Shown here: positions 1 to 10,515 of the stretch, in pieces | How positions within the stretch are numbered: position 1 is the first letter of the stretch | Layout: each line of letters starts with the position of its first letter | NCBI GenBank assembly: GCA_963751455.1 | Contig: CAVVUN010000003.1 | Coordinates: forward strand, 64,001 to 128,000 | Source: Nitrospirota bacterium | Lineage (GTDB): Bacteria > Nitrospirota > UBA9217 | Length of the DNA: 64,000 nucleotides | Reading direction: 5' to 3' | The notes under the pieces: generated by a model | Database searches by the model: none | What the model was told of the DNA's origin: nothing | The model's input: the letters and a program-made list of their open reading frames with translations, nothing else | Made by a program: the position numbers and the translations under genes

Positions 1-501
1 GACAAATGACGCGAGAAGATCCTCCAGCTGTTCTTTTGCATCGGCCAAGGTCCCGTTAAAGCCGGGGAACCACCCCCGCTTGAGCATCTGCGCAATCGGA
101 AAACGCTGCCCTTGCAAGGCCGGAGAGTTCGGGTCAAGCTTCGCTCCCGGCTTTCGAAGCATGACTTCCGCCGGAATGCCGAGACCCTCGACGAGACCTC
201 GGATCATGCTCAGGCTGAGACTTCGCCGGCCGGAAAGAACTTCCGATACCTTGCTCGGACTCCCTATGTACGGCACCAGGTCTTTCGGCTTCAGTCCCTG
301 CTGCTCCATTCGAAAGCGTATCGCGGTCAAAGGGTCGGGCAACTCGACGGGGAACGCCTTGCTCTCGTAAAGCTCCACCAGGGTTGAGAGCAGCTCCAGT
401 TCATCACCTTCCGGCGTGCCGGGTGCAGCCTCGAAAATCTCGTCGATGCGCGACATGGCTGCTTTATAGTCTTTTTTGGTCTTGATGATCTTCGGTTTCA
501 T
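1..501 (-). CDS. higA: HigA-type HTH antitoxin/regulator with a C-terminal extension (probably ImmA/IrrE peptidase fusion); runs off the window edge
   Basis: Not in the ORF track. Manual translation from ATG 501: MKPKIIKTKKDYKAAMSRIDEIFEAAPGTPEGDELELLSTLVELYESKAFPVELPDPLTAIRFRMEQQGLKPKDLVPYIGSPSKVSEVLSGRRSLSLSMIRGL..., open to base 1 and continuing past the HTH (FPIAQMLKRGWF). Confidence 0.8.
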   Translation of the reverse strand, partial: MKPKIIKTKKDYKAAMSRIDEIFEAAPGTPEGDELELLSTLVELYESKAFPVELPDPLTAIRFRMEQQGLKPKDLVPYIGSPSKVSEVLSGRRSLSLSMIRGLVEGLGIPAEVMLRKPGAKLDPNSPALQGQRFPIAQMLKRGWFPGFNGTLADAKEQLEDLLASFV

Positions 502-560
502 CAGATGGTCTCCGCGTCGATCTTATCGTATTCCTTATGCGTCCCCACGAAGCGGATATA
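501..560 (-). pseudogene. higB: C-terminal remnant of a HigB-family toxin
   Basis: Translates YIRFVGTHKEYDKIDAETI*, the typical HigB C-terminus. Its TGA overlaps the higA ATG (TGATG). The upstream sequence is no longer HigB-like. Confidence 0.7.
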
Positions 561-769
561 AGTTAGTAAAGCAAGAATACTATCTTTATATGAAGGGGGC
601 AAGGGGAAAGTATGAAAACCTAATGCGTTACGGAGTGACAACAGAGAGACGACCGCGAAATCGACGAGAGGCTACAAGTGAGGAGTCGTTACAGCTATCG
701 ATTACGGGACGTAATCTGTGGCAGCGGCGCTGGATTCCACGTTGCAGAATACAGGAAGTATTCGAAATT

Positions 770-830
770 GAAGCTCCCTGCAGCAAGCTGCGGGGGTTAG
801 CGCGAAGTGAAGGTTCGTAGAGGAATCTCC
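770..830. repeat. REP-like palindrome
   Basis: ctccctgcagc-aa-gctgcggggg at 774-796, an imperfect GC-rich hairpin in an intergenic region. Confidence 0.5.
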
Positions 831-849
831 AGAATTCAGGCCTACTGCG

Positions 850-1692
850 TCACCCGAGCCCGGCCGCTCGCGCGATCAGAAACAACCCTGCCCCGACGGC
901 AACGACCCCGGTGGCTCGCGCGGCGCGCTCACCCACGCGTGCGAGACGTTCAACGTTGATGGCTGTTGCTACGACAGCCATTGCACGAAGGTCCATCACC
1001 CCGATGACCAGGAGGATCGCGATAAGATTAATACAGCAGTGGATACAGCAGCGTCCGAGGCGCAGGCCGTATCGCCAGGCCGTGCGGCCATCGTCCGGGA
1101 GCGTACGGCCGCGCCCGGGTGCCTCCCGCCACCAGGCAAGGGGACGCGCCTTCCATGCGCTAAACTGAAGCGCGCCGGCGATGAGGACGACCACACCGAC
1201 CGCAATCGGGACGGCGCGCGCCAGCGCCGGCTGCTGCATCTCGATTGCCGCGAGCGCGACGCCCAGAGGAAAGGCGGTCATCCCGAACACGGTCCAGACG
1301 AAGAAGTATCCCACGCCCACGAGCGCAGTCAGCCGGCCCAGGCGCGTCTCGCCTGTCCTGCCGACGGCCCGGCGATAGCGCCACAGCATTGGAACCAGGG
1401 ACGGCAGCATCATCGCCACCATCATCACGACCCACATGCTGAGAAACGACGCCGCTGTGCCGGGCCACGTCTGTCCGGGCATCCTCATCCACGCCATCGA
1501 CATCGTCCAGCCGCCGGGCATCGGCATCTCGCCCATCGCCGACATGGATGTGCACCGGACGATCGTTATCGCCGCGCTGGCAGCGAAGAGCAGCGCCGAG
1601 ATGCCGAAGAAGGCTCGCTGTGAAAGTCGCTCGGAAACCATATCGCCTGCGCCGCCAGGATCACGCCGCTCGGCGCTTGTCGTACTCGTCAT
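850..1692 (-). CDS. DUF2182-family predicted metal-binding integral membrane protein
   Basis: Met-rich GEMPMPGGWTMSMAWMRM, MWVVMMVAMMLPS motif, multiple TM segments, downstream of DUF899 as usual. True start may be 1641. Confidence 0.8.
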   Translation of the reverse strand: MTSTTSAERRDPGGAGDMVSERLSQRAFFGISALLFAASAAITIVRCTSMSAMGEMPMPGGWTMSMAWMRMPGQTWPGTAASFLSMWVVMMVAMMLPSLVPMLWRYRRAVGRTGETRLGRLTALVGVGYFFVWTVFGMTAFPLGVALAAIEMQQPALARAVPIAVGVVVLIAGALQFSAWKARPLAWWREAPGRGRTLPDDGRTAWRYGLRLGRCCIHCCINLIAILLVIGVMDLRAMAVVATAINVERLARVGERAARATGVVAVGAGLFLIARAAGLG

Positions 1693-2455
1693 GGCGGCGC
1701 CACCACATGCCGGTCTCGTTGCGGCCTTTGGGCGCGCGGTCGAGCCACTGGTACATGCCCCACAGTCCGTCCAGTCCGCGCGCGTAAGCGGAATACGTGT
1801 GATAAACGACGCCGTCTTCCAGTGCGAACGCGCTCATGCCCGGCCGCTCACGCAGGTACGCGGCCACGTCGGTTCCGGTCATCGAAGCGTTCAGGGCGGG
1901 AGGCGAATCATCGACGGCTTCCTTGCCCATCGTGAAAGGCATCTGCGACGCCGGCGGCTCGCGCCGGTAATTGTATTCGATGCCGCCCTCGCGCTGCTGC
2001 GCTTCGGTAAAGGAGACACTGAAGTCCGCGTTGAAGTCGCCGCCGAACGAGGACGCCCACGGAAACGTCCAGCCCATCCGCCGCTTGTACGCCTGCACCT
2101 TCGCGAACGGCGCGCGCGACACGGCCCAAAGCATCACGTCGTGGTTGGCCAGGTGAACCACGAACCCATTGAAACCGTCCGCAATCGACGAGCACGTCGG
2201 GCAGCCGGCCGTGTAATCCGGCCCGAACATGAAGTGATAGACGAGGAGTTGCGAGCGGCCCCGGAAGAGGTCCGCAAGCCCGGCCTTCCCCTCGTCGGTA
2301 TCGAAACGATACTCCTTGTCAATCCGGACCCAGGGCAATTCCTGCCGCTGCCGCGCCAACTCGTCGCTGCGCCGCGTGAGTTCCTTCTCCGCCTTGAGCA
2401 GCTCCAGCCGGGCCGCAAGCCACTCTTCACGTGTTCCGATCTTGTGATGAGTCAT
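1661..2455 (-). CDS. DUF899-family thioredoxin-like protein
   Basis: REEWLAARLELLKAEKELTR, YHFMFGP..GCPTCS, WWRRHDEY. Start moved to ATG 2455, which has a GGAGG SD. Confidence 0.88.
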   Translation of the reverse strand: MTHHKIGTREEWLAARLELLKAEKELTRRSDELARQRQELPWVRIDKEYRFDTDEGKAGLADLFRGRSQLLVYHFMFGPDYTAGCPTCSSIADGFNGFVVHLANHDVMLWAVSRAPFAKVQAYKRRMGWTFPWASSFGGDFNADFSVSFTEAQQREGGIEYNYRREPPASQMPFTMGKEAVDDSPPALNASMTGTDVAAYLRERPGMSAFALEDGVVYHTYSAYARGLDGLWGMYQWLDRAPKGRNETGMWWRRHDEYDKRRAA

Positions 2456-2661
2456 TTTTTCCTCCTTCTTGTCGTCACAGTGATTGAGTATCTGCAGTAA
2501 TCTGTCTAGAGTAATTTTACCACCCGACAAGATGCAATTATCGCAACTTTAGTTGAAGGATAAGGGTTGTTTTCGATGAAGTTTTCTGGGTGAAACGTGG
2601 AATGGTTAGAGGAATGGTAAAGCAACAAGTACAGGAAGAAATCTACAAATGCAGTTCCAGC

Positions 2662-3078
2662 TTAATCAGCAGCAAGATATTTAAAGTCATAAACTTCGCT
2701 GATAAGCTTAAAGTCCTTTTCGTTTCTTGTAATGACGACCGCGCCTGCTCCCCGGGCCGATACCGCGATCAAAATGTCCGCCAGCAGGTCTTTTACCCGC
2801 TTCGGGTCGATTTTTTTGTCCCGTCTCAGCTTCATCATGATCTCGCCGCAAAGAAGCCATTGACGCTCCGTCACAGAAACCACGGTGAAGTTGCGAACGA
2901 TCCGGTCGATCAGTCTCCGCTCCTTGGGCTCAAAAGCACCGGCAAGCAGTTCCATGAGCACTACTGTGCTGAAGGCAATATGGTAATACTGGTTGAGCTT
3001 CAGGAAAGCTTCCTGAAGCGTTTCTTTTCTGAAATGCTCGATAAGGAAGGAAGTATCGGGAACAGCCCTCGGCTTCAC
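2662..3078 (-). CDS. vapC: VapC PIN-domain toxin
   Basis: 138 aa with PIN acidic motifs DTSFLI, VLMELL, DILIA, TRNEKDF. Overlaps the antitoxin stop. Confidence 0.88.
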   Translation of the reverse strand: MKPRAVPDTSFLIEHFRKETLQEAFLKLNQYYHIAFSTVVLMELLAGAFEPKERRLIDRIVRNFTVVSVTERQWLLCGEIMMKLRRDKKIDPKRVKDLLADILIAVSARGAGAVVITRNEKDFKLISEVYDFKYLAAD

Positions 3079-3272
3079 CTGATGCCCTCAAACTTGAACT
3101 TTCCGGCGGTTTCTTCGATAAACTTCCGCATCTTTTCCTGGTAGATAACCTCGGCAAGCGCCGTTTCGATCGCTTCGGTCTCGGTCTTGGAACCCAGAAT
3201 CTTCTGAGCGTTCCTGATCATAGCTTGATCCAGCCTGAAATGCTTGGCGGTCTTTTTCGTTGCCGTCTGCAT
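3075..3272 (-). CDS. vapB: VapB-like (RHH) antitoxin
   Basis: 65 aa KHFRLDQAMIRNAQKILGSKTETEAIETAL upstream of and coupled to vapC. SD AAAGGAG before ATG 3272. Confidence 0.8.
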   Translation of the reverse strand: MQTATKKTAKHFRLDQAMIRNAQKILGSKTETEAIETALAEVIYQEKMRKFIEETAGKFKFEGIR

Positions 3273-3300
3273 AGTCTCTCCTTTCCATATATATGTGTAC

Positions 3301-3328
3301 ATTATACTATTTTGTGGCTACAAGTCAA
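3301..3328 (-). promoter_or_regulatory. Sigma70 promoter of vapBC
   Basis: TTGACT-16 nt-TATAAT on the minus strand, about 30 nt upstream of vapB. Confidence 0.65.
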
Positions 3329-3471
3329 GGATTTCGACAGCGCTGCTAGAGCATCACTTTTGGCTTTTGCCCGGCTTCTGCTGCAGCAGTCCGATTACAG
3401 GATTATAATCCATGTCAATCAAAAACACTCCCTGATTCGAAAGTACAGGAAGAAAGCAAGTGCCTTGAAAT

Positions 3472-3987
3472 TCATTGCGATTTCACAAAACTGTAGGTCC
3501 TCTTTCCCGTTTTCGTCAACTTGAACAAGCCGCCGGTCATCCTGGCTATTATATCTTGTTCTTTCATGTGATGATCCGAAAATGATATCACGCCTCCCGG
3601 CTTCAATACTCTATGTAGTTCGGCCAGGACAGAATCCGGATCGCCGAGATTGTGCACTATATCGTAGAGTAAGACAATATCCATGCTGTTGTCCGGCAAA
3701 CCGGTGTCTCGACCGGACAGGATGGTTTTTATATTATCGAGTCTCTCTTTTGAAGCTTGCCTCTTCACCTGCTCAATTGCAAGCGGATGGATGTCGAGGG
3801 CATAGACTGTTCCGGAGTTTCCGACCATTTTTGCAGCGACTATAGAATAGCTTCCCGGACCGCATCCATAGTCCAGTACTTGAAATCCCGGCTTGATCCC
3901 GACTTCCTTCAGGATGTTTTCGCGAGGCAAACGCAAGTCGCGAATCTTGAATGAAAAAGACATGATTCGGAAGTGCCAATTCTGCAT
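3472..3987 (-). CDS. Class I SAM-dependent methyltransferase
   Basis: VLDYGCGPG motif I, ALDIHP, RVLKPGG. Confidence 0.88.
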   Translation of the reverse strand: MQNWHFRIMSFSFKIRDLRLPRENILKEVGIKPGFQVLDYGCGPGSYSIVAAKMVGNSGTVYALDIHPLAIEQVKRQASKERLDNIKTILSGRDTGLPDNSMDIVLLYDIVHNLGDPDSVLAELHRVLKPGGVISFSDHHMKEQDIIARMTGGLFKLTKTGKRTYSFVKSQ

Positions 3988-4077
3988 GGGTTTGTCCCTC
4001 GTCGTCTCCGCGGGTCATCTTCGGAAAGCGGTCCTAACGTCCGGTTAGTGATTTTTCGTGGCCCCACTGCTGCTGAT

Positions 4078-5932
4078 TCAGGAATGCCTCCCGCTGCCCA
4101 GGACCCGGTCCAGATTAAAGGCGGCGCTGATCAGGGCAAAGTGCGTGAACGCCTGGGGGAAATTGCCCAATGCTTCTCCTTCCGACCCGGTTTGCTCCGC
4201 ATAGAGTCCCAGATGGTTGGCATAGCCGAGTATGCGTTCGAAGAAAAGCCGGGCTTGATCGCGCCTTTCCGGAAACGCCTGACCCGCCCGTGTCAGCGCC
4301 TCCACCATCCAGAACGAGCACATATTGAAGGCGCCTTCCCGGCCGGGAAGCCCGTCAATGTCGGACTGCGGTGGGTACCGGTAGACCATGCTGTCGCTCG
4401 CGAGGCCGCCGTTCCGGGGGAAGTCGAGAATGGCGTCTATGGTCCTGATCATCCGCGGGTCCGTCGGGGCGAGAAAGAAGACCAGCGGCATGATCAGCAC
4501 CGAAGCGTCGAGGTCGCTGCTGCCGTAGAATTGCGTGAAGGCCCCGCGTTTTTGATTCCACCCCTGACCCATGATCTGTTCATAGATGCGGTCCCGTTCT
4601 TTGATCCATTTCTCCCGGTTCGCCGGGAACGATCGTTTCTCCGCCAGGCGAAGGCCGCGGTCGAGGGCCACCCAGTTCATTACCTTGGAGTAGACGAAGT
4701 GCTCGGACCTGTTGCGCATTTCCCAGATCCCCTCGTCCGGCAGTTCCCAGTTGTCGCATACCCAGTCGAGCCGGTCGCTGAGCATTCTCCAGAAATCATA
4801 GGAAATGGGCGTTACATATTTGTTATGCAGGTACATTGCATCCATCAGCTCCCCGTAGATGTCGTTCTGGTGTTGCGACGCTGCGGCGTTACCGATGCGT
4901 ACCGGCCCGGATCCCCGGTATCCTTCCCAATGGTCAAGAATCTGCTCCGGCATCAGGGTATCGCCGCGGATGGTAAGCACGGGCATCGGCTGCCCGGAAT
5001 GAATACAGGTTGCCGCGCAGTTCTGCATCCATTTCACGAAAGCGGCCGCCTCGGACGTGAACCCGATGCGGAGGAATCCATACACGGTGAAAGCAGCATC
5101 GCGCAGCCACGTATACCGGTAATCCCAGTTGCGGGAGCCGCCGATCACCTCGGGAAGACTGGTGGTGGGAGCGGCGATGATCGCTCCGGTCGGCTCGAAG
5201 GTCAGAAGCTTGAGCGCCAGGGCCGATCTATGAACCTGCTCCCGCCAACGGCCGTAATAGGTGCAGGAGGATAGCCACCGCTGCCAGAACTTTATCGAGC
5301 TCTGGAACAATTCCTCGGCCTCTTCTTCGTCGGGAGGACAGGGGCAGACGGCGGCATTGACTTCCTTGAAAAGAAAGACCCGTGACTCGCCTTCCTTGAG
5401 CGAAAACTCCGCGATTACGCCGTCTCCGTCAACCACCCTCAGAGGCACTGTCGTTGAAAGAGCGAAGACGAGACCTTCCGTTATGAACAGCGCACCGTCC
5501 GTTTCGACCGATGTCTTATGCGGTTTTCTTCCATAATCGAAAGCCGGGCGGCAGACGACGGAAAAGCGCATCGAGCCCCTGACGCAGCGGACCCGGCGGT
5601 ACAGGTGATGGGACCATGTGAGAATCAGGGGCAACGCCCACCGGCATGAAGTCCTCGACGTCGGCGATACCGTCAACGGAAAGGAAGCGCGTGATCAGGA
5701 TATTGGTGGAAGGCCAGTATAATTGCCTGAATTTGAGGCGTTCCGCGAGAGAAGAAATCTGAAACCTGCCGCCTTTTCGGTCGTCCAGAAGGGCTCCGAA
5801 TATGCTGGGCGAATCAAAATGAGGATAGCAGTACCAGTCAATGGAACCGTTCAAACCCACCAGGGCAACGGTCCGCATGTTGCCGATCATGCCGTAATTC
5901 TCTATCGGCTGATATGCCATAGATTTCTTCAA
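4078..5932 (-). pseudogene. Glycoside hydrolase family 15 (glucoamylase/trehalase-like), split by one frameshift near 5615-5620
   Basis: N-terminal ORF 5516..5932 ([24 protein letters not shown]) switches frame to ORF 4078..5676 (AAPTTSLPE, RNWDYRYTWLRD, GNFPQAFTH). One extra base at tct-cac-a-tgg. Confidence 0.8.
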
Positions 5933-6498
5933 TCCTTTCCATCAGGAGACGGCAATCTTTTAGCCAAAACTACGAGGTTCTCCAACAACTGTCTAATCTT
6001 CTCTCTTGCTTTCTGATCCGTCAGCTTGCCGTCCTTGATCTTTTCGTGTGCAAAAGAGACCATGATCTCCGGGCGGTTCAATGAAAAGCAACTCAGGAAT
6101 ACAAAGCACTGCCGTAGGTGAGACTGGGCTCGCGCTGTGCCCAGCATGCCCGGCGACGCGCCCATAATGGCTATCGACTTATGCTCAAAGGCGTTGTCTC
6201 CGTGTGGTCGGGAGGCGCTATCTATGGCGTTCTTCAGCACGCCCGGGATCGAATAGTTGTACTCCGGTGTCGCTATAAGTATCGCGTCTGCGGCCCTGAT
6301 TTTTGCTTTGAACTCTTTAACCTTTTCTACAGGCTCATTCTCCAGGTCTTGGTTAAAAGGAGGGATTCCCTCAAGATCGAAAACCTCAAGTTCCACGCCG
6401 TCTGGAACAAGCTCCAGCGCGGCGCGTAGCAAGGCCTTGTTGTAGGAGTCTTTGCGCAGGCTGCCGGCAAAACCGAGAATTTTGAAAGCGTTCGCCAT
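5929..6498 (-). CDS. NADPH-dependent FMN reductase (SsuE/ChrR-like)
   Basis: [26 protein letters not shown]. Start set at MANAF (6498). Confidence 0.88.
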   Translation of the reverse strand: MANAFKILGFAGSLRKDSYNKALLRAALELVPDGVELEVFDLEGIPPFNQDLENEPVEKVKEFKAKIRAADAILIATPEYNYSIPGVLKNAIDSASRPHGDNAFEHKSIAIMGASPGMLGTARAQSHLRQCFVFLSCFSLNRPEIMVSFAHEKIKDGKLTDQKAREKIRQLLENLVVLAKRLPSPDGKD

Positions 6499-6551
6499 GC
6501 TTATTCCCCCATATGAAAGGAGGCGAGGCAATGCCCCCTATCTGCCCTTTT

Positions 6552-7349
6552 TCACACCGTCGGGATTGTCCCACCGTCGATGACGTACTCGCTTCCGGTA
6601 ATGGAAGAAGCCCGGTCCGATGCCAGGAATGCGACCAGTTCGGCAACTTCCTCGGGTCGGTTCGGCCTGCCCAGCGGGATGCCGCCAAGCGAGTCCATGA
6701 TGCGTTGCCGTGCGGCATCCCTGCTGATGCCCGTTCGTTGCGCGATTTCGTTGACCATTCCCTGGGCAGCCCCGGTTTCGGTGTATCCGGGCGCAACGGT
6801 GTTCACGCGAATACCCTTGGGACTGACCTCCTTGGAAAGCCCCTTGCTGTAGTTCGTCAGCGCCGCTTTTGCCGCTGCGTACGCCAGCGTGGCTTCATAG
6901 AGCGGGAGCTTTCGCTGGATGGACGAGATATGAATGATAACTCCCGAGCCTTGCTTCAACATCGATGTAAGAAAAGCGCGATCCAGGCGGACAGCGACAA
7001 ACAAGTTCGTGTCGAACGCACGTTGCCAATCGCCATCGGACAAGGCCAATACACCGCCGCCCGGCGCCGCGGTACCGCCTACGTTGTGGATCAAAATGTC
7101 GAGGCCGCCAAGACGATCCATCACCGCCTTGATGACCTGATCGATCCCTTCGCGCGTGCTGACGTCTGCCTGGACATACCGATCGGGCGTGCTGCCCGGC
7201 GGCACGGACCGTGCCGTGGTGATCACCTTTCCGCCTCCGCGAATGAGGCGCTCCACAATGGCTTCGCCAATGCCCTTGGTCCCGCCCGTAACCAGGATTC
7301 GTCTGCCGTTGAAGTCGGCTGTTTCCCGTGTCCGGGCTTCATTTTGCAT
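6552..7349 (-). CDS. SDR family oxidoreductase
   Basis: [24 protein letters not shown]. Confidence 0.9.
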   Translation of the reverse strand: MQNEARTRETADFNGRRILVTGGTKGIGEAIVERLIRGGGKVITTARSVPPGSTPDRYVQADVSTREGIDQVIKAVMDRLGGLDILIHNVGGTAAPGGGVLALSDGDWQRAFDTNLFVAVRLDRAFLTSMLKQGSGVIIHISSIQRKLPLYEATLAYAAAKAALTNYSKGLSKEVSPKGIRVNTVAPGYTETGAAQGMVNEIAQRTGISRDAARQRIMDSLGGIPLGRPNRPEEVAELVAFLASDRASSITGSEYVIDGGTIPTV

Positions 7350-8038
7350 AAGTACCTGCCTCCTCTGTATGACACACCGATCTCATCGGGTGTCCCGAGC
7401 CTGCCGAGCGGAACAGCATTGGAAATCATCTTCAAGCGCTGCTTGCCCGCTTCTGTGGAAGCCATCAGATTATTCAATCCGGGCGTGTCGATGGGCCCTG
7501 GGCTCACTGCGTTAACGCGAATGCGTCGATCCTTTAAGTCCGTTGCCCATGTGCGGGCGAATGAACGCACCGCGGCTTTTGTGGCGCTATAAACACTCTG
7601 CGCCGGCAGCCCTTTACTGCCGACGATCGACGCATTCAGGATGACGGAAGCGCCATCCAGCAGCAGCGGCAGAGCCTTCTGCACGGTAAACAGTACGCCC
7701 TTCACGTTCGTGGCAAAGGTTTTATCGACATGCGCTTCGGTAATTTGCCCCAGCACCGCAAATTCACCGGTTCCGGCATTCGCGAACACAACATCGAGCT
7801 TGTCCTTTTCCCGCTTGATTTGTGCGAAAAGGCGATCGAGATCGCCAAGGTTCGACACGTCTCCCTGTACGCCGGTCACACTTCTTCCGAGCTCCTTTGC
7901 CGCCGCAGCCAGCTCCGATTCTCGACGCCCCGTGATGAAGACATACGCGCCTTCGTTCACAAATAGTTTCGCAGTCGCAAGACCGATGCCGCTGGTGCCG
8001 CCGGTAATAAGTGCAATCTTTCCCTGAAGCTTGTCCAT
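7223..8038 (-). pseudogene. SDR family oxidoreductase, C-terminally truncated
   Basis: TGGTSGIG and YSATK are present. SDR similarity stops at [12 protein letters not shown] (about 7375) and the frame reads about 127 nt into the next gene. The final strands (..LFLAS....TG..L.VDGG) are missing. Confidence 0.7.
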
Positions 8039-8133
8039 ATACTTCTCCTTCGTCCTCGTTAAAGTGCTCCGATCTTTCGGCCTGACGCCGCACGTCGTCT
8101 GGAACCCGCCGTCGATCCTGAGACATTTTGCCA

Positions 8134-9168
8134 CTAAGCAGCAATCTTGTCTCGCAGGCCTCCGTAGGTCAATGCACGGGGAAACTCCTTTGCATACAAG
8201 TCGTAGGGGAACCCCAGTTCCACGCGGCTGGCCTCGTCAAACGTCTTTAACTGTTCCTCTGAAAGCGCCACGTCAAGGCTCGCGATGTTGTCCTGCAACT
8301 GAGAAAGCTTTCGCGCGCCGATGATGGGGATGACCGGCACGGGGCGGTAGCGAAGCCACGCCAGCGATACCTGTGCCATGCTGCGACCGGTCTCATCGGA
8401 TACCATCTTGACGGCCGAGACGATACGGTCGGCTCGTTGTTTTTCCGGCACGAATTCCTTCATCATGTCGGTGCTCAGACGGCCCGGCTCGGACGTCCCG
8501 CGGCCGTGGTACTTTCCGGTCAAGACGCCGCTGGCCAGCGGCGACCAGGCGGTCACGCCGAGGTTCAGCGCCTTGGCCATCGGGATCAGCTCCCGCTCGA
8601 CGGTCCGCTCGATCAGGCTGTATTCGATCTGCAGCCCGATGAAGGGCGACCACCCCTGCAGTCGGGCAAGCATGTTCGCCTGCGCGATCCACCAGGCCGG
8701 GGCATCGGAGACGCCGGCGTAGAGCACCTTGCCCTGGCGAACCAGGTCATCCAGTCCTCGCATCACCTCTTCGACCGGCGTCATCTGGTCCCAGATGTGC
8801 ATCCAGTAGAGATCGATATAGTCGGTCTTAAGTCGTTTGAGGCTTCCTTCCACTGCCTGCATCATACTCTTGCGGTGGTTGCCGGCCGCGTTCGGATCTG
8901 TGCCCGGAACGGCATTGGTGTATTTCGTGGCTATCACCACGCTTTGGCGGTGGCCCTGCATAAACTCGCCGAGGAAGGATTCGCTCGTCCCGTTGGTGTA
9001 TACGTTGGCGGTGTCGATGAAATTGCCGCCGGCGTCGCGGAAAGCATCGTATACCTTTCGCGCCTCGTCCTTTGCGGCGCCCCAGCCCCACTCATCGCCG
9101 AAGGTCATCGTGCCGAGCGCCGCCTCTGAAACTTTAAGTCCGCTGTTGCCCAGAAGTCGGTATCGCAT
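8134..9168 (-). CDS. Aldo/keto reductase
   Basis: LGTMTFG, FIDTANVY, IATK, DYIDLY, WSPLASG, PIIGAR. Confidence 0.92.
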   Translation of the reverse strand: MRYRLLGNSGLKVSEAALGTMTFGDEWGWGAAKDEARKVYDAFRDAGGNFIDTANVYTNGTSESFLGEFMQGHRQSVVIATKYTNAVPGTDPNAAGNHRKSMMQAVEGSLKRLKTDYIDLYWMHIWDQMTPVEEVMRGLDDLVRQGKVLYAGVSDAPAWWIAQANMLARLQGWSPFIGLQIEYSLIERTVERELIPMAKALNLGVTAWSPLASGVLTGKYHGRGTSEPGRLSTDMMKEFVPEKQRADRIVSAVKMVSDETGRSMAQVSLAWLRYRPVPVIPIIGARKLSQLQDNIASLDVALSEEQLKTFDEASRVELGFPYDLYAKEFPRALTYGGLRDKIAA

Positions 9169-9255
9169 ATAATCTCCTTATCATGAGAGTCTCTCTGCAA
9201 GTTTACATCAGTTAACGAGGCGAGCCTCAGACCAATAAAACTACAACTGTTTGGA

Positions 9256-9400
9256 ACCGCGAAGGCGCGAAGCCCTGCTGCCGAATTGAGGCAGCGTTCA
9301 GGGTTCTCGCACCCGGTGGTACGACAGTGCCGAGTGAGCGCAAGGAAGTCAAAAGATTTAAGCTTTGGGTTTTTCTTCGCGTCCTTCGCGCTTTCGCGGT
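9256..9400. repeat. Inverted repeat of 9-bp periodic units, with a second hairpin element inserted in the left arm
   Basis: accgcgaaggcgcgaag (9256-9272) versus cttcgcgtccttcgcgctttcgcggt (9375-9400). The insert at about 9273-9335 contains ggtacgaca. Confidence 0.6.
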
Positions 9401-9483
9401 AAATGGTTTTGCCGTAATTGAAAGCAAAAATGGCTGCCTGAAAACTTGAGCAAAATATTAAGAGCTGGCGAAGTAAAGTACCT

Positions 9484-10515
9484 TTAATGCATCAGCACCG
9501 CGCGGAAGCGAACCTTGTTGGACATCATCCGGTCGAAAGCTTCCGAGACCTTTTCGAGCGGGAAGGTCTCGATCATCGGACGCACGCCGGTCACAGCACA
9601 GAAGTTAAGCGCATCTTCGGAATCCGCCGGATTGCCTGACGGCCAGCCCTGCAGCCGCCGCGTCTGGGTTATGAGCTGAAACGAACTTACCTCGATGGGG
9701 TCCGGAGAAGCGCCCACGGTAATCATCACGCCCCGGAGCCCCAGCCCACCGAAGAGCGGCGTCATGGATTTGCCGCTCGGTGCCGTGGCCAGGATCACCC
9801 GGGCGCCGCCAAGGGATTTCAGTTGACCGGCTGGGTCTCCCTGGTCTGCATCGATATAGACATGCGCTCCCAATTTCCGGGCCAGCGCTTCTTTATCTTT
9901 GCCTCTTGATATGGCGGCGACTTTAAAACCCATCTTGCTGGCAAACTGGATGCCGAGGTGGCCCAGACCTCCGATGCCCTGAATGGCGACGAGAGCCGGC
10001 GGCTGGGCGCCGGAGTTGCGCAGGGCGTTGAACGTCGTGATGCCGGCGCAAAGAATCGGCGCAGCTTCTTCAAACGAAAGAGCGTCCGGCAGGGGAGCCA
10101 GGTTCCTGGAAGGAGCGATGACATAATCAGCATAACCGCCGTCGAAATGGATGCCGGGAATCTGCAAGGTAACGCAATTTACGAAGTCGCCGCGCCGGCA
10201 GGACTGGCATTCCCCGCAGTAGCGGCCGTTCCAGCCCAGGCCTACGCGCTGGCCCTTTTTCCAGACGGTCACTTCCTCACCCACGGCATCTACGATGCCT
10301 GCAATCTCGTGGCCTGGCGAACGAGGGTATACAATGCCGGGCCAAAGATTCTCTTTGGTCACGAGGTCGCTGTGGCAGATTCCGCAGGCTTTCACCTGGA
10401 TGCGCACCTCGCCCCGTCCGGGCGCGGGGATTTCCTTTTGGACGATCTCAAAAGAGCCGCCTTTTCGACTTACCTGCGCAGCTTTCATCGTCTCCACAAA
10501 TACTTGAGCAGGCAT
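9484..10515 (-). CDS. Zinc-dependent alcohol dehydrogenase
   Basis: CGICHSD, GHEIAG, CGECQSCRRGDFVNC, ILCAG, GIGGLG. SD AGGAGG before ATG 10515. Confidence 0.92.
   Translation of the reverse strand: MPAQVFVETMKAAQVSRKGGSFEIVQKEIPAPGRGEVRIQVKACGICHSDLVTKENLWPGIVYPRSPGHEIAGIVDAVGEEVTVWKKGQRVGLGWNGRYCGECQSCRRGDFVNCVTLQIPGIHFDGGYADYVIAPSRNLAPLPDALSFEEAAPILCAGITTFNALRNSGAQPPALVAIQGIGGLGHLGIQFASKMGFKVAAISRGKDKEALARKLGAHVYIDADQGDPAGQLKSLGGARVILATAPSGKSMTPLFGGLGLRGVMITVGASPDPIEVSSFQLITQTRRLQGWPSGNPADSEDALNFCAVTGVRPMIETFPLEKVSEAFDRMMSNKVRFRAVLMH

Noticed and set aside
1436-2500. Long plus-strand ORFs (also 3973-5274, 6513-7592, 37418-38782, 47901-49163, 49631-50587)
   Set aside because: Antisense shadows of well-supported minus-strand genes in GC-rich DNA, with no recognisable motifs.
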